This document shows positions 46,609-57,263 of a DNA stretch of 64,000 bases, one piece after another. The stretch's first letter is position 1. Each line of letters opens with the position of its first letter. The DNA lies in assembly GCA_965203905.1 (NCBI GenBank), contig CBDBDQ010000005.1, positions 2,304,001 to 2,368,000 of the forward strand, written 5' to 3'. The notes beneath the pieces are model-generated. The model did no database searches, was not told the DNA's origin, and saw only the letters and a program-made list of their open reading frames with translations. Position numbers and translations under genes: made by a program. The stretch is from Spirochaetia bacterium (GTDB lineage Bacteria > Spirochaetota > Spirochaetia > SZUA-6 > Bin103).

Positions 46609-47760
46609 ATGAGAGCCGAGCCGAGTACCGGGATCCCGCAGCCGAGCCACGCCGAAGCCGAGGCGGTGGTTCCCGAGGCGCGTTCGCAGGGGGCGCTGAT
46701 CTGGCTGCGCTTCAAGAAGCACCGGGTTGCGACGGTGTCCCTGGGGGTGCTCGCGGTGCTTGCGGTGCTGGGCCTGTTCGCCGAGTTCTTCATCCCCAAC
46801 TCGCCGTTCGAGCAGTTCAAGGGGTACAACTACGCACCGCCCCGTCCGTTGCGCTTCGTCGCGGCGGACGGCTCCTTTCACCTGGTACCCTTCATCTACG
46901 ACTACGAGAAGAAGCTCGATCCCGAGACCTTCCTGCAGGCGTGGTCCGAGATCGAGGAGCGCCGCTACCACCTGCGGCTCTTCGTGCGCGGTTTCGAGTA
47001 CCGGCTGCTGGGGTTGATCCCCGCCGACCTGCACCTGTTCGGGCTGGAGGAGGGGGCGCCGCCGCTGCTGCTGTTCGGCTCGGACCGCATCAGCCGCGAC
47101 CTCTTCAGCCGCACCATCTTCGCCACCCGCGTATCGATCAGCGTGGCGCTGTTCGGGGTGTTCATCGTGATCGTGATCGGGGTCAGCCTGGGTGCGATCT
47201 CCGGCTACTTCGGCGGCCTGGTGGACGACGCCATTCAGCGCGTCAGCGAGCTGCTGCTGGCGGTCCCCAAGCTGCCGCTGTGGCTGGCGCTGGCCGCCGC
47301 GGTGCCGCGCGACATGCCGACCATGGAACGCTACGTGCTGATCGTTATCATCGCCTCGCTGACCTCCTGGCCCGGCGTCGCCCGCGGGGTGAGGAGCAAG
47401 CTGATCTCGCTGCGCAGCGAGGACTTCGTGCTGGCGGCGCGCAGCTACGGCTCCAGCGACCGGCGCATCATCTTCCGCTACCTGGTGCCCAACTTCACCA
47501 GCTACATCATCGTCGCCATCTCGCTCGGCATTCCGGCGATGATCCTGTTCGAGACTTCGCTCAGCTTCCTCGGCATCGGGCTGCAGTCCCCGGCCATCAG
47601 TTGGGGCGTGCTGCTGGAGCAGGCGCAGAGCTACACCAACGTGATCTTCAACCCGTGGCTGATGATTCCGGGAATCTTCGTCGTGGTCGCCATCCTGGCG
47701 TTCAACTTCGTCGGCGACGGCATTCGCGACGCGGCCGACCCGTACGAGAAGCTGACGTGA
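46609..47760 (+). CDS. ABC permease (OppC-like)
   Basis: FGSDRISRD, EDFVLAARSYG and ETSLSFLGIG. Confidence 0.93.
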   Translation: MRAEPSTGIPQPSHAEAEAVVPEARSQGALIWLRFKKHRVATVSLGVLAVLAVLGLFAEFFIPNSPFEQFKGYNYAPPRPLRFVAADGSFHLVPFIYDYEKKLDPETFLQAWSEIEERRYHLRLFVRGFEYRLLGLIPADLHLFGLEEGAPPLLLFGSDRISRDLFSRTIFATRVSISVALFGVFIVIVIGVSLGAISGYFGGLVDDAIQRVSELLLAVPKLPLWLALAAAVPRDMPTMERYVLIVIIASLTSWPGVARGVRSKLISLRSEDFVLAARSYGSSDRRIIFRYLVPNFTSYIIVAISLGIPAMILFETSLSFLGIGLQSPAISWGVLLEQAQSYTNVIFNPWLMIPGIFVVVAILAFNFVGDGIRDAADPYEKLT

Positions 47761-48791
47761 GCCGGCAGCGCGAGGTGCAGGCGGCGCCCGCCGGCCGCGA
47801 CTCGCGGGCCGACCTGCCGCTGCTCGAAGTGGAGGACCTGAGGACCTGGTTCGATACCCCGGACGGCGTGGTCAAGGCGGTGGACGGGGTGAGCTTCAGC
47901 GTCGCGCAGGGCGAGGTGCTGGGCATCGTCGGCGAGAGCGGCTGCGGCAAGAGCGTGACCGCGGCGTCGATCCTGCAGATCGTGACTCCGCCCGGGCGGC
48001 TGGCCGGCGGCCACATCTTCTACCATCACGCCGGTGCGCGCACCGACATCGCCGCGCTTTCGCCCAGGGACCCTCGCATCAGGGCGATCCGGGGCAACGA
48101 GATCGCGATGATCTTCCAGGAGCCGATGGCCGCTTTCAGCCCGGTGTTCACCATCGGCAACCAGCTCTCCGAGGCGATCCTGCTGCACTCCGAAGTGGGC
48201 AAGGCGCAGGCGCGCGAGCGGGCGGTCGGCCTGCTGGAGCGGGTCGGCATCGCGGCGCCGGCGCAGCGCTTCGACCAGTACCCGCACGAGCTGAGCGGCG
48301 GCATGCGGCAGCGGGCGATGATCGCCATGGCCCTGTCCTGCAACCCCAGCCTGCTGATCGCCGACGAGCCCACCACCGCGCTGGACGTCACCATCGAAGC
48401 GCAGATCCTGACGCTGCTGCGTGATCTGCAGCGCGAGTACCGGATGGCGATCATGCTCATCACCCACGACCTGGGGGTGGTCGCGGAGCTGGCCCACCGG
48501 GTGGCGGTGATGTACCTGGGCCGGATCGTGGAGCTCACCGACGTGCGCACCATCTACTACGAGCCCAAGCATCCCTACACGTTGGGGCTGCTCAACTCGA
48601 TCCCGCTCATCGGCCCGCGCGAGCGGCGCCGGCTGGACCTGATCAGCGGGGCGGTGCCGAGTCCCCTGGCGACGCCAGCCGGCTGCCGGTTCGCACCGCG
48701 CTGCCCCTACCGCTTCGAGGAGTGCGACCGCGATCCGCCCATGACGCCGGTCGCCGAGCGCCACGCGGTGCGCTGCTGGCTGTATGGCTGA
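47757..48791 (+). CDS. ABC ATP-binding protein (OppD-like)
   Basis: [16 protein letters not shown] and DEPTTALD; GTGA overlap. Confidence 0.95.
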   Translation: MSRQREVQAAPAGRDSRADLPLLEVEDLRTWFDTPDGVVKAVDGVSFSVAQGEVLGIVGESGCGKSVTAASILQIVTPPGRLAGGHIFYHHAGARTDIAALSPRDPRIRAIRGNEIAMIFQEPMAAFSPVFTIGNQLSEAILLHSEVGKAQARERAVGLLERVGIAAPAQRFDQYPHELSGGMRQRAMIAMALSCNPSLLIADEPTTALDVTIEAQILTLLRDLQREYRMAIMLITHDLGVVAELAHRVAVMYLGRIVELTDVRTIYYEPKHPYTLGLLNSIPLIGPRERRRLDLISGAVPSPLATPAGCRFAPRCPYRFEECDRDPPMTPVAERHAVRCWLYG

Positions 48792-48796
48792 GCGGC

Positions 48797-49888
48797 ATGG
48801 CTGACAACGGCGTGCTGCTGGAGGTGCGCGGGTTGAAGGTGCACTTCCCGATCAAGACCGGCCTGCTGCGGCGCGTCACCGGCTCGGTGAAGGCGGTGGA
48901 CGGGGTGGACTTCTTCGTGCGCGAGGGCGAGACCCTGGGCCTGGTGGGCGAGAGCGGCTGCGGCAAGACCTCGACCGGCCGCGCCGTCGCCCGCCTGATC
49001 CCGGCCAGCGCCGGCCGGGTCGAGTACCGGGGGCGCGACGGCACCGTGCACAGCCTGCTGGAGCTGGAGCGGGAGCAGCTCAAGGAGCTGCGCAGGGAGA
49101 TCCAGATCGTGTTTCAGGATCCCTACGCATCGCTCAACCCGCGCATGACGGTGGGCACCATCGTCGGCGCCCCGCTGGTGGTGTACGGCATCGGCGACCG
49201 CGAGGCTCGCCGCGAGCGGGTGCGCGAGCTGCTGGCGCTGGTGGGGCTGTCGCCCGAGCACGTGAACCGCTTCCCGCACGAGTTCAGCGGCGGCCAGCGG
49301 CAGCGCATTGGCATCGCCCGCGCCATGGCGCTCGATCCGCGGCTGATCATCTGCGACGAGCCGGTATCGGCCCTGGACGTCTCGGTACAGGCGCAGATCC
49401 TGAATCTGCTGGAGGAGCTGAAGGAGCAGCTCCAGCTCAGCTACCTGTTCATCGCCCACGACCTGAGCGTGATCCACCACGTCAGCGACCGGGTGGCGGT
49501 GATGTACCTGGGCAAGATCGTCGAGCAGGCCGACAGCGAGGCGCTGTACCAGGCCCCCAAACACCCCTATACGGAAGCGCTGATGTCCGCCATTCCGGCG
49601 CCGGACCCGGAGATCGAGCCCGATCACATCCTGCTCGCCGGCGAGGTGGCGGATCCCTCCGACCCGCCGCCCGGCTGCGCCTTCCATCCCCGCTGCCGCT
49701 ACGCGGCGGAGCAGTGCCGTACCCGGCAGCCGGCGCTCGGCCCGGTGGACGGCGCCGCCGGGCGGCTCGTCTCCTGCCACCTCGCGGCCGAGCTGGCGCT
49801 GCAGGCCGCGCCCCACCAGCACCTGGCCAGCCGCCACCTGACCCTCGACGCCGAAGCGCTGAGACGTTTGCGGCGCAATCCGCGCTGA
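48797..49888 (+). CDS. ABC ATP-binding protein (OppF-like)
   Basis: [16 protein letters not shown] and DEPVSALD. Confidence 0.95.
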   Translation: MADNGVLLEVRGLKVHFPIKTGLLRRVTGSVKAVDGVDFFVREGETLGLVGESGCGKTSTGRAVARLIPASAGRVEYRGRDGTVHSLLELEREQLKELRREIQIVFQDPYASLNPRMTVGTIVGAPLVVYGIGDREARRERVRELLALVGLSPEHVNRFPHEFSGGQRQRIGIARAMALDPRLIICDEPVSALDVSVQAQILNLLEELKEQLQLSYLFIAHDLSVIHHVSDRVAVMYLGKIVEQADSEALYQAPKHPYTEALMSAIPAPDPEIEPDHILLAGEVADPSDPPPGCAFHPRCRYAAEQCRTRQPALGPVDGAAGRLVSCHLAAELALQAAPHQHLASRHLTLDAEALRRLRRNPR

Positions 49889-49975
49889 CGCCGGCTCCGC
49901 GGCAGGGCAGTCGGCAGCAGTCGGCACCGAAATCCTCGCCCAAGCACCGAATTCTCCATTCGCGAAGTCGCGAAG

Positions 49976-50196
49976 TCGCGAATTGGCGGAGTATTCCCGA
50001 ATCTACTCTGAAATGCGCCATTTCGCGATGGGTCGGATTCCTCGGCATGATCTCGAACCAGCGCAAGTAAGTCGTCTCGTTAAAATGAATTGATGAACAG
50101 TCAGCGGTGTAGAGCACCGAGATGGAAAGCGATCTGTCAAATTCACGAATTGGCGAACAGTCGCGAAACCCTCACAAACAATTCGCCATTTCGCGA
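49976..50196. repeat. Two spaced 13 bp inverted-repeat sites
   Basis: TCRCGAATTGGCG-N27/28-CGCCATTTCGCGA at 49976-50028 and 50143-50196; degenerate third copy at 36938-36990. Confidence 0.75.
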
Positions 50197-50388
50197 GTGT
50201 ACCCGATCGAGTGGCAGCTTTAGTCAGGACCACCCTTGGGAGCACAAATCCATGCGTTTCAATAGTTTATGCAAAGATTCACCAGGTAGGCCGCGGATCA
50301 GGGTCGGCACGGCCGGGGTTGATTATCCATGGCACCGGGTACGATCCTGGTCATCAATCACATCTTAAACGAGACAAGGAGTCCCACG

Positions 50389-51240
50389 ATGATGAGTTTT
50401 CTCCGTACTGCACCAGCCATCCTCATGCTCGGTGCGCTGGTGCTGGCCGGCTGCAGAAGCTCGGTCGATATGCCGGATCCGGTGGATCCGGTACCTGACG
50501 TGGCGTATGCGATGCGCTGGTGGAATGTGCTGACCGCGCCGCAGATGGTGGCCGCGCTGTACGGCGACACCGCGACCGCGGCGCAGGAGGCGGCGGCGGC
50601 GAAGATGTACGCCGACCTGGACCCCGAGACCAAGAAGAAGGTGAACGCCGCGGCGGCCGAGATCTACGGCGAGGGCGGACACGCCAGCGTCGGGGCTTGG
50701 TGGGAGACGCTGGACTGCCGGCTGATGCGGGTGGCGGCCGGGGACGGCAACACCCACGACCCGATGAGTCCGTACTGCGCGCACTATCCGGGATCGGGTC
50801 ACGCGACGATCCTGGGCGCCGACGAGAAGGCGTTCGTCGACGTGGTTGGAATGGCCCTGCTAGGGCGCATGGATCCCGGTGTCTACCCGCCTCTGAACCC
50901 TCCGCAGTGGCTTCACGGAACCTGGTTGGTCGGCTGTGCTCCTGAGAACCCTGTCCCCATTACCTGGCAGTTCTCGGAGCACCAGATTGTGTTCGCATCC
51001 GGGGAGGACAGCTTGGACTTCCGCATGGTGGTGGAGAATACGCCGCAGGCGACGCTCTCGGAAGAGCACGGAGCTACCTGGTATCGCTTCGACTCTCAAC
51101 TCCCGGTCCCGGACGGCGAAGGCGTGACCTTGGCTCACGCCTGGAACCGGTTTGACATGACGGAGGATCCCTCGCGTGTCGCCTGGACCGGCAACCTGAG
51201 CACCACGCCCATTCCGATGTGCCTCCTCGAGAGCCAGTAG
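50389..51240 (+). CDS. Lipoprotein of unknown function
   Basis: AAGGAG RBS; lipobox LAGC. Confidence 0.85.
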   Translation: MMSFLRTAPAILMLGALVLAGCRSSVDMPDPVDPVPDVAYAMRWWNVLTAPQMVAALYGDTATAAQEAAAAKMYADLDPETKKKVNAAAAEIYGEGGHASVGAWWETLDCRLMRVAAGDGNTHDPMSPYCAHYPGSGHATILGADEKAFVDVVGMALLGRMDPGVYPPLNPPQWLHGTWLVGCAPENPVPITWQFSEHQIVFASGEDSLDFRMVVENTPQATLSEEHGATWYRFDSQLPVPDGEGVTLAHAWNRFDMTEDPSRVAWTGNLSTTPIPMCLLESQ

Positions 51241-51253
51241 CCGCATCAACACC

Positions 51254-51288
51254 GAGATCAGGCGGGGCGACTACCCTCGCCTGATCTC
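51254..51288. terminator. Hairpin between convergent genes
   Basis: gagatcaggcg...cgcctgatctc. Confidence 0.7.
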
Positions 51289-51415
51289 CCGCTCTGGTTC
51301 ACGTTGCACCGTTCTGCAGGACCGCGGTGGCCCCGCGGCAGGCAGCAACGCTATACAGCAGCAACTCTATACAGTACGGCCGTTGTAACCGGCCGCGAGA
51401 CGCTCGGAGCCGTCA

Positions 51416-52429
51416 TCAGTAGCGTTGCGCCCTCGAGTAGTCGATGCGGGGATCGGATATGGCCAGCAGAATGTCGGATATCAGCGTGCCGACGATGGTC
51501 AGCGTGCTCAGCATGAAGACGATGGCACCGGCCAGAAAGCTGTCCTGGCTCAGCAGGGCGGTGAACAGCACCGGCCCGATGTCCGGAATGTCCAGCACGA
51601 TCGAGATGATCACGCCGCCGGACACGATGATCGGCAGGCTCCACCCCACCGACGCCAGGATCGGGTTGACGGCGATGCGCAACGGGTACTTGAAGATCAG
51701 CCGGCGTTCGGTCATCCCCTTGGCACGGGCCACCCGCATGTACTCCTTGCCCAGCTCGTCGAGCATCGCCGCGCGCAGGACGCGGATGGTGCCCGCCGTG
51801 CTGGCCGCGCCGATCACGATCACCGGGACCACCAGGTGCTTGAGCAGGTCGACCACCTTTTCTCCCGACCAGCCGGGATCGTTCTGGAACTCCGGCGACA
51901 GCAGGCCTCCCAGCGGCCAGTCGGGGATGGTGTGGAAGAACAGCACCATCAGCACCAGGGCGAGCAGAAACTCGGGGATCGACATGCCCACGAACGAGGC
52001 GAAGGTGAGCCCGTAGTCGGCAACGCTGTTCTGTTTCACCGCGGTGACCACGGCGATGGGAACCGCCACCACGTATTGAAAGAACAGCACCAGGAGGCCG
52101 ATCCCCACCGTGATGGGAAGCCGCTCGCGCAGGATCCGCCGTACCGGCTGATCGTAGTTGAAGGAGAGGCCGAAATCGCCCCGGGTGACGATCTTGCCGA
52201 TCCACAGCAGGTACTGCTCGTGAATCGGACGGTCCAGCCCATAGCGGCGCACCGTGATCTCCAGCAGTTCCCTGCGCCGCTCTTCGCTCATCAGCTCCGC
52301 CTGCAGCCGCGCCACGTAGTGCGTGGCGTAGTCGCCGGGCGGGGCCTGGATCACGTAGAAGGTGAGGATGGAGAGCAGGAAGATGAGGATCAGCGAAGCC
52401 AGCAGCCGCCGGAGGATGTAGCGAATCAC
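51416..52429 (-). CDS. ABC permease (OppB-like)
   Basis: YILRRL, PPGDY, GDFGLSF, ARAKGM and DPRI. Confidence 0.93.
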   Translation of the reverse strand: MIRYILRRLLASLILIFLLSILTFYVIQAPPGDYATHYVARLQAELMSEERRRELLEITVRRYGLDRPIHEQYLLWIGKIVTRGDFGLSFNYDQPVRRILRERLPITVGIGLLVLFFQYVVAVPIAVVTAVKQNSVADYGLTFASFVGMSIPEFLLALVLMVLFFHTIPDWPLGGLLSPEFQNDPGWSGEKVVDLLKHLVVPVIVIGAASTAGTIRVLRAAMLDELGKEYMRVARAKGMTERRLIFKYPLRIAVNPILASVGWSLPIIVSGGVIISIVLDIPDIGPVLFTALLSQDSFLAGAIVFMLSTLTIVGTLISDILLAISDPRIDYSRAQRY

Positions 52430-52501
52430 CGTGCCACCTGGCCCGCGGAGCAGGGCGGAGAATCCCGCCCTGCTCCTGGTCCGTTGCGCCGGAACCTGCG
52501 G

Positions 52502-54628
52502 TTACTCGGCGCCGAGCCAGCCGTGGTCGACGGCCCGGTCGATAGGGTTCTTGGCCCGTTCCGCGAGGTCGTACATCTGCGGCAGCAACGAGTCCTCGGC
52601 GGTAATCCGGGGCCGGTCCTCGAAGAAGAACTGTGCGGGTGTATAGGCATTCGCCCACCACACGTCCCACGACCAATAGAGCGGTCCGTGGTCTCTGGTG
52701 GGGATGTTCTTCATGTCCTCGGCCGTGACCACCGGGTAGGGGAAGTCGGCCACCGTGTCGATGAACCAGAAGTTCTCCACCTGGCTGCGCCAGACCTTGA
52801 GGCCGGCCTCACGCATCTCCTCCTCGTTGCCGGAGGTCAGGTACTCCTGGTAGAACCAGTCGTAGAACTCCACCACCTCGGGAGGCGGCTCCACGCCGGA
52901 GGCGCCGCGGGAGATATACCAGGTCCGCCAGCAGACGCCGTTGTGTCCGGGAGCGCCGTGGAAGTCGCGTGACTGGCTCAGCGGGATGTTGGACTGCGAG
53001 TGCCACAGCAGCATGGGCAGCTCGTTGGCGCCGAACATCTGCCAGTGCAGGCTGCCCTCGACGATCTGCGCGTCGACGTTGAGCCCCAGCTCGTTCCAGT
53101 CCTCCAGGATGATCTCGATGATCGGTACGCGCGGCGTTTCCACGTCCATGTAGGGGATGGTCCACTTGAGCGGCGCACCGCCCGGCGCGTCGCGCCAGCC
53201 GTCGCCGTCGGCGTCCACGTAGCCCAGCTCGTCCAGGATCGCAGCCGAGCGCTCCGGCTCGAATTCGATGTACCTGGTCTCCAGCTCCTTCTCGAAGAGC
53301 ACGTTGGTCTCCGGCTTGGGAACGTGGCGCACCACCCGTGCCTGCCCGAACATGACCTCATCGTTGATGCGGTTCCGGTCCACCGCCAACTGCAGTGCCA
53401 TGCGGAAATCGCGCTCCCGGAACGCGGTCGCCAGCGCCTCGTCGGCGTAGCAGTAGTTGGGCCACAGCACCAGGGCGGTGAAGGTGTTCTGCCAGATGGT
53501 GGTGCGATAGCCGCCCTGCTCCTCGTACTGCCGGTAGAGCGGAATCGAGGTGGTATTGGTGTTGAAGCCGGCAAAGTCGGCGTCGCCGGCGATGATCCGT
53601 GCATCCACCGCTTCGCGGTCGGTCACCTGGTTGGTGACGATGCGATCGATGTAGGGCAGCTGCTGGCCCGCCGTGTCCACTTTCCAGTAGTAGGGGTTGC
53701 GTTCGTAGACGCGGCGCGCGGCGCCCACGTCGACCATCACGTACGGCGCCAGGGTCGGCGGCAGGTTGCCGATGAACTGGCCGGAGCTCTGCCGCTGGGC
53801 CTGGCCGACGTGCAGGTAGAGCTGATACCAGTGCTCGAAGCCCGCCTTCTGCGCCAGCGTCTGCGCCGTGTCCATGCCGATGAACGCAGGATCGAGCTGG
53901 TTCAGGAAGTGCATCGGGCGAATCACGCTCTCCATCATCGAATAGCTGTGGCTCGCGGAGTTGATCAGGAACGGATACGGCTTGTTGGAGGTGTACTTGA
54001 TGGTGTAGTCGTCGACGACCTCCTTGCGCACCGTGCGGCCGACGGCCTCCAGCGGCTCGTCGGTAAAGGTGATCGCATCGTCCTCGATCACCACCTTGTC
54101 GGGGTCGATCCGCGGGTTGATGTCGGGATTGGCCCGGTAGTAGCGCCAGTAGTCGTACATGGTCCTGGCGGTGAACAGCTCGCCGTCGGACCACCTGACG
54201 CCCGGCCGCAGGTGGAAGGTCCACTCGGTGAAGTCGTCGTTCACCTCGTACCCGAGGTAGAGCTGCGGCAGGCCGGGGGTGCCGTTCACGTCCTGCACGA
54301 ATGGCGTGGCGACGCCCATGAGCTGCATCAGCTCGAACGTGTAGGCGGGCTCGTAGATGTTGGCGGTGCCGCCGTAGCGTCCCACCTCGTCGAGCGGGGT
54401 CACCACCTTGGGCTCGTCCGGCAACCGTTCCGCCACCGGCGGTATCAGCCCCTGCCGCACCATCTCGGCCAGCAGCGGGTGTTCCCGGTACTCTCCGGGA
54501 GCCGCGGCTTCCATCTCCGCGGCGGGTGCGGCGCCGCTCTCGTCGGATTCGCCGCCGGCAAAGGCGCCGGCCGCTGCCACCAGCAGCGCGGTCACGGCGA
54601 GCGCCAGACAGCATCGATAGCTCTGCAT
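52502..54628 (-). CDS. ABC solute-binding protein, family 5 (oligosaccharide-type)
   Basis: GAGGAGG RBS; signal peptide; PPVAERLP, WSDG and RNPYYWKVDTAGQQLPYID. Confidence 0.93.
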   Translation of the reverse strand: MQSYRCCLALAVTALLVAAAGAFAGGESDESGAAPAAEMEAAAPGEYREHPLLAEMVRQGLIPPVAERLPDEPKVVTPLDEVGRYGGTANIYEPAYTFELMQLMGVATPFVQDVNGTPGLPQLYLGYEVNDDFTEWTFHLRPGVRWSDGELFTARTMYDYWRYYRANPDINPRIDPDKVVIEDDAITFTDEPLEAVGRTVRKEVVDDYTIKYTSNKPYPFLINSASHSYSMMESVIRPMHFLNQLDPAFIGMDTAQTLAQKAGFEHWYQLYLHVGQAQRQSSGQFIGNLPPTLAPYVMVDVGAARRVYERNPYYWKVDTAGQQLPYIDRIVTNQVTDREAVDARIIAGDADFAGFNTNTTSIPLYRQYEEQGGYRTTIWQNTFTALVLWPNYCYADEALATAFRERDFRMALQLAVDRNRINDEVMFGQARVVRHVPKPETNVLFEKELETRYIEFEPERSAAILDELGYVDADGDGWRDAPGGAPLKWTIPYMDVETPRVPIIEIILEDWNELGLNVDAQIVEGSLHWQMFGANELPMLLWHSQSNIPLSQSRDFHGAPGHNGVCWRTWYISRGASGVEPPPEVVEFYDWFYQEYLTSGNEEEMREAGLKVWRSQVENFWFIDTVADFPYPVVTAEDMKNIPTRDHGPLYWSWDVWWANAYTPAQFFFEDRPRITAEDSLLPQMYDLAERAKNPIDRAVDHGWLGAE

Positions 54629-54786
54629 GACAACCTCCTCGCACACAACGTGTGCGCGTATCAGGCAACTGTACGCCGTCCCGACTGCGGCCGCAAGGAA
54701 GCGTCCCCGGTGCCACGGTGCCGCGGTGCGGCTGAGGAGCTTGACGCAGCTACTAGGTAAGATTATCATATGTAAGAGTATTACTT

Positions 54787-55017
54787 ATGAAGATTACCTC
54801 CAAGGGACAGGTAACCATCCCCCAACGGTTCCGTCTGAAGTTCGGCTTGCTGCCCCATTGCGAGGTGACGTTCGGCGAAACCGAAGGCGGCGTCGTGATT
54901 CGGCCCGCGCTGAGCAAGGGGCAGATGATTGCGCAGCGTCTTCGCCGAGCGCGGGGGCGGGCGTCCGGGCGTGTCACGACCGCCGAGGTGATGCGGCTCA
55001 CGCGTGGGGACGATTGA
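54787..55017 (+). CDS. AbrB/MazE-type antitoxin
   Basis: MKITSKGQVTIP. Confidence 0.92.
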   Translation: MKITSKGQVTIPQRFRLKFGLLPHCEVTFGETEGGVVIRPALSKGQMIAQRLRRARGRASGRVTTAEVMRLTRGDD

Positions 55018-55018
55018 G

Positions 55019-55417
55019 GTGGTGCTGGTCGATACCAACGTCCTGCTCGACCTGTTTACCGATGATCCGCAGTGGCGCTCCTGGTCCGAACGTGCCCTGG
55101 CCGACGCACTCATGACCGATGGCGTGGGCATCAACCAGATCGTGTACGCGGAAGTCTCGCTGGCCTTCGACGACGCGGGGAGTCTGGACCGAGAGTTGGG
55201 CGAACTCCTGGTCACCCGACTCCAACTTCCCTACGGTGCCGCATTCGGAGCGGCCCGTGCCTTCCTGCGCTACCGTCGCGCGGGCGGCGCTCGGGAAGCA
55301 CCCCTCCCGGACTTCTATGTCGGCGCTCATGCGGAGAGCGAGGGGCTCAAGCTCCTGACTCGCGACGCCAGCCGCTATCGAACCTACTTCCCCGCGGTGC
55401 ATCTGATCGCGCCCTGA
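55019..55417 (+). CDS. VapC PIN toxin
   Basis: LVDTNVLLD, YAEVS, PLPDFYVGAHA and LLTRD..RYRTYFP. Confidence 0.92.
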   Translation: MVLVDTNVLLDLFTDDPQWRSWSERALADALMTDGVGINQIVYAEVSLAFDDAGSLDRELGELLVTRLQLPYGAAFGAARAFLRYRRAGGAREAPLPDFYVGAHAESEGLKLLTRDASRYRTYFPAVHLIAP

Positions 55418-55466
55418 GTCATTCCTGAAGCGGGTGCCAGGGAGCACCACGCCTTCGCAGCGGCGG

Positions 55467-57263
55467 CTACCTGGCGAGCGGGTGTGGGAGGCCGGAGGCG
55501 CGGTAGAGGGCGTCTTCCACGGCGCGGCTCCACTGGTCGCGGGTGCCGGCGAGCACGTCGGCGGCGGCGGCCAGGGCGGCGGCGGTGCGGGTGCGGCCGG
55601 CCCGGCGCTCGGCGGTGGCGGCGGCGCGGAACGGCTCGGCGCCTACCTCCACGTAGGGCAACTCCTCCAGTTGGGTGAGGACGAAGTGGGAGCCGAAGGG
55701 GGAGCGGCGGCCGACGTCGCGGATCAGCTCCGGCGCGGCGGCGAGGCCGGCGACGCGCTGCACCATCCAGTCGAAGTCGATCGGATCGCGGGCGTGCTCG
55801 GCGAGGTCGGCGGAGGAGGGCTCCGAGGTGTTGGTGAGGTAGTAGGGCACCGTGGGACCGCAGACCTGGTGACGCGACAGGTAGTGAACGTGGCGCGAGC
55901 GGATGCCGATCTCGGTGCCGCCGTCGACGAAGTTGACCGCGGCGTCGCGCGCCAGATTCTGCTCGTGCTCGCGGTAGGTGCGCGCTGCCGCTGCCCCGCT
56001 GTCGGCAATGAAAAGGTCGGTGTAGGGCGGAGCGGCGCCGAACATCAGCGTGGGAAAGCGCTCCGCCGGGCCGGGACCGGCGACCTCGGTACCCTCCGGC
56101 AGAGAGTTCAGCAGAGCCTCGACGCGAGCGTCGTCGGCGGAGAACCCCGCCAGCGCGACGCGTGGCGCGGAAGCCAGCCCGCGTATTCGCCGCTCGGCGC
56201 CGAGAGCCTCCGGATGAATCATCTCGCCGACGGCGGCGCTCGCCTCGTCGGCGGCCCCCGACGGCGCTGGGGGAATTCTCATCGGCAGATAGATGTCCGG
56301 GTCGCTGGCGCCGGCGAAGTTGTTGAGGTTGCCGCCGGGTCGCACCAGTTCAGTGGCCAGATCGTAGCTTTGCTGGTTGGCGTAGAAGGTGATGACCACG
56401 TCGAAGCGGCGGCCGGCGCGCAGCTCCGCCAGGGCCGCCTGGTCGGTGCGATCTACCAGTTGCACGGTCACGCCCCGCTCGCGCAGTGTTGCCACTACGG
56501 CGGTAGCGCCGAGCTGCCGCAGGCGGCCGGCACTGCCAGTGACGGCGATCCGGCGCGGCCGTTGCGGCCCGCGGGCGAATATGGCCAGCGTGATCATCGC
56601 CATTCGCCCGGTGCCGCTGAGCATGGCCACGTCGGCGTCCGGCGGCACCCCGGCCACCAGTTCGCCGTCCGGCCCACGGGTGAACATCTGGCGCAGTGCG
56701 CCGCGGCAGCAAGCGAAAGGCTCGGCGTGCGCCAGGGTCGCCAGGCTGGTGCCCGGGTCCGTGCTGATCGCGTCGGGAATCGGAATGAACAGCTTGCCCA
56801 TGCCCTGCTCGGCGACCACCTCGCCGACCCGTTCCGGCAGGCCGCTGTAGCGGCGCAGGCCGGCGGCGTAACGGAACGAGTAGCCGAGGGCCGCCAGCAC
56901 TCCGCCTTCCGGGTCGGGCGCGAACGAGTCGGGGTCCACCGGCGTGCTCGACAGGCCGGGGGTGATCAGCACCACCTGGCCGGGGCGGACCGGCGTCGCC
57001 GGCGGCGCCGCCACCACCCGGTGCACGGTTTCGTGGCCGAGCGCCACCTGGGTGGCGTCGCCCGGGATCCGCGCGTGCTCGGTAAACTGCCTGACCGCCT
57101 TCTGGTCCGACGAGCACACCGAGTTGCCGAGCGACTCGGTGATCACGTAGTCGCCTTCGAACCAGCTCTCCGGCAGGCGGTCGCGGCGCAGCTCCACCCG
57201 TCCCGGAGCGGTGATGAACACTCCGTGATGGGGCTGACGGGCCGCCTCGACGGCGCCACTCAT
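55467..57263 (-). CDS. Zn-dependent MDR dehydrogenase, L-sorbose-1-phosphate reductase-like, extended
   Basis: NSVCSSDQKA...HARIP...LGHE and AEPFACC; ATGA overlap with the SDR gene. Confidence 0.7.
   Translation of the reverse strand: MSGAVEAARQPHHGVFITAPGRVELRRDRLPESWFEGDYVITESLGNSVCSSDQKAVRQFTEHARIPGDATQVALGHETVHRVVAAPPATPVRPGQVVLITPGLSSTPVDPDSFAPDPEGGVLAALGYSFRYAAGLRRYSGLPERVGEVVAEQGMGKLFIPIPDAISTDPGTSLATLAHAEPFACCRGALRQMFTRGPDGELVAGVPPDADVAMLSGTGRMAMITLAIFARGPQRPRRIAVTGSAGRLRQLGATAVVATLRERGVTVQLVDRTDQAALAELRAGRRFDVVITFYANQQSYDLATELVRPGGNLNNFAGASDPDIYLPMRIPPAPSGAADEASAAVGEMIHPEALGAERRIRGLASAPRVALAGFSADDARVEALLNSLPEGTEVAGPGPAERFPTLMFGAAPPYTDLFIADSGAAAARTYREHEQNLARDAAVNFVDGGTEIGIRSRHVHYLSRHQVCGPTVPYYLTNTSEPSSADLAEHARDPIDFDWMVQRVAGLAAAPELIRDVGRRSPFGSHFVLTQLEELPYVEVGAEPFRAAATAERRAGRTRTAAALAAAADVLAGTRDQWSRAVEDALYRASGLPHPLAR

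Noticed and set aside
46326-48791. 821 aa ORF as a fusion ATPase
   Set aside because: The N-terminal part is an off-frame shadow of the permease; the real start is GTG 47757
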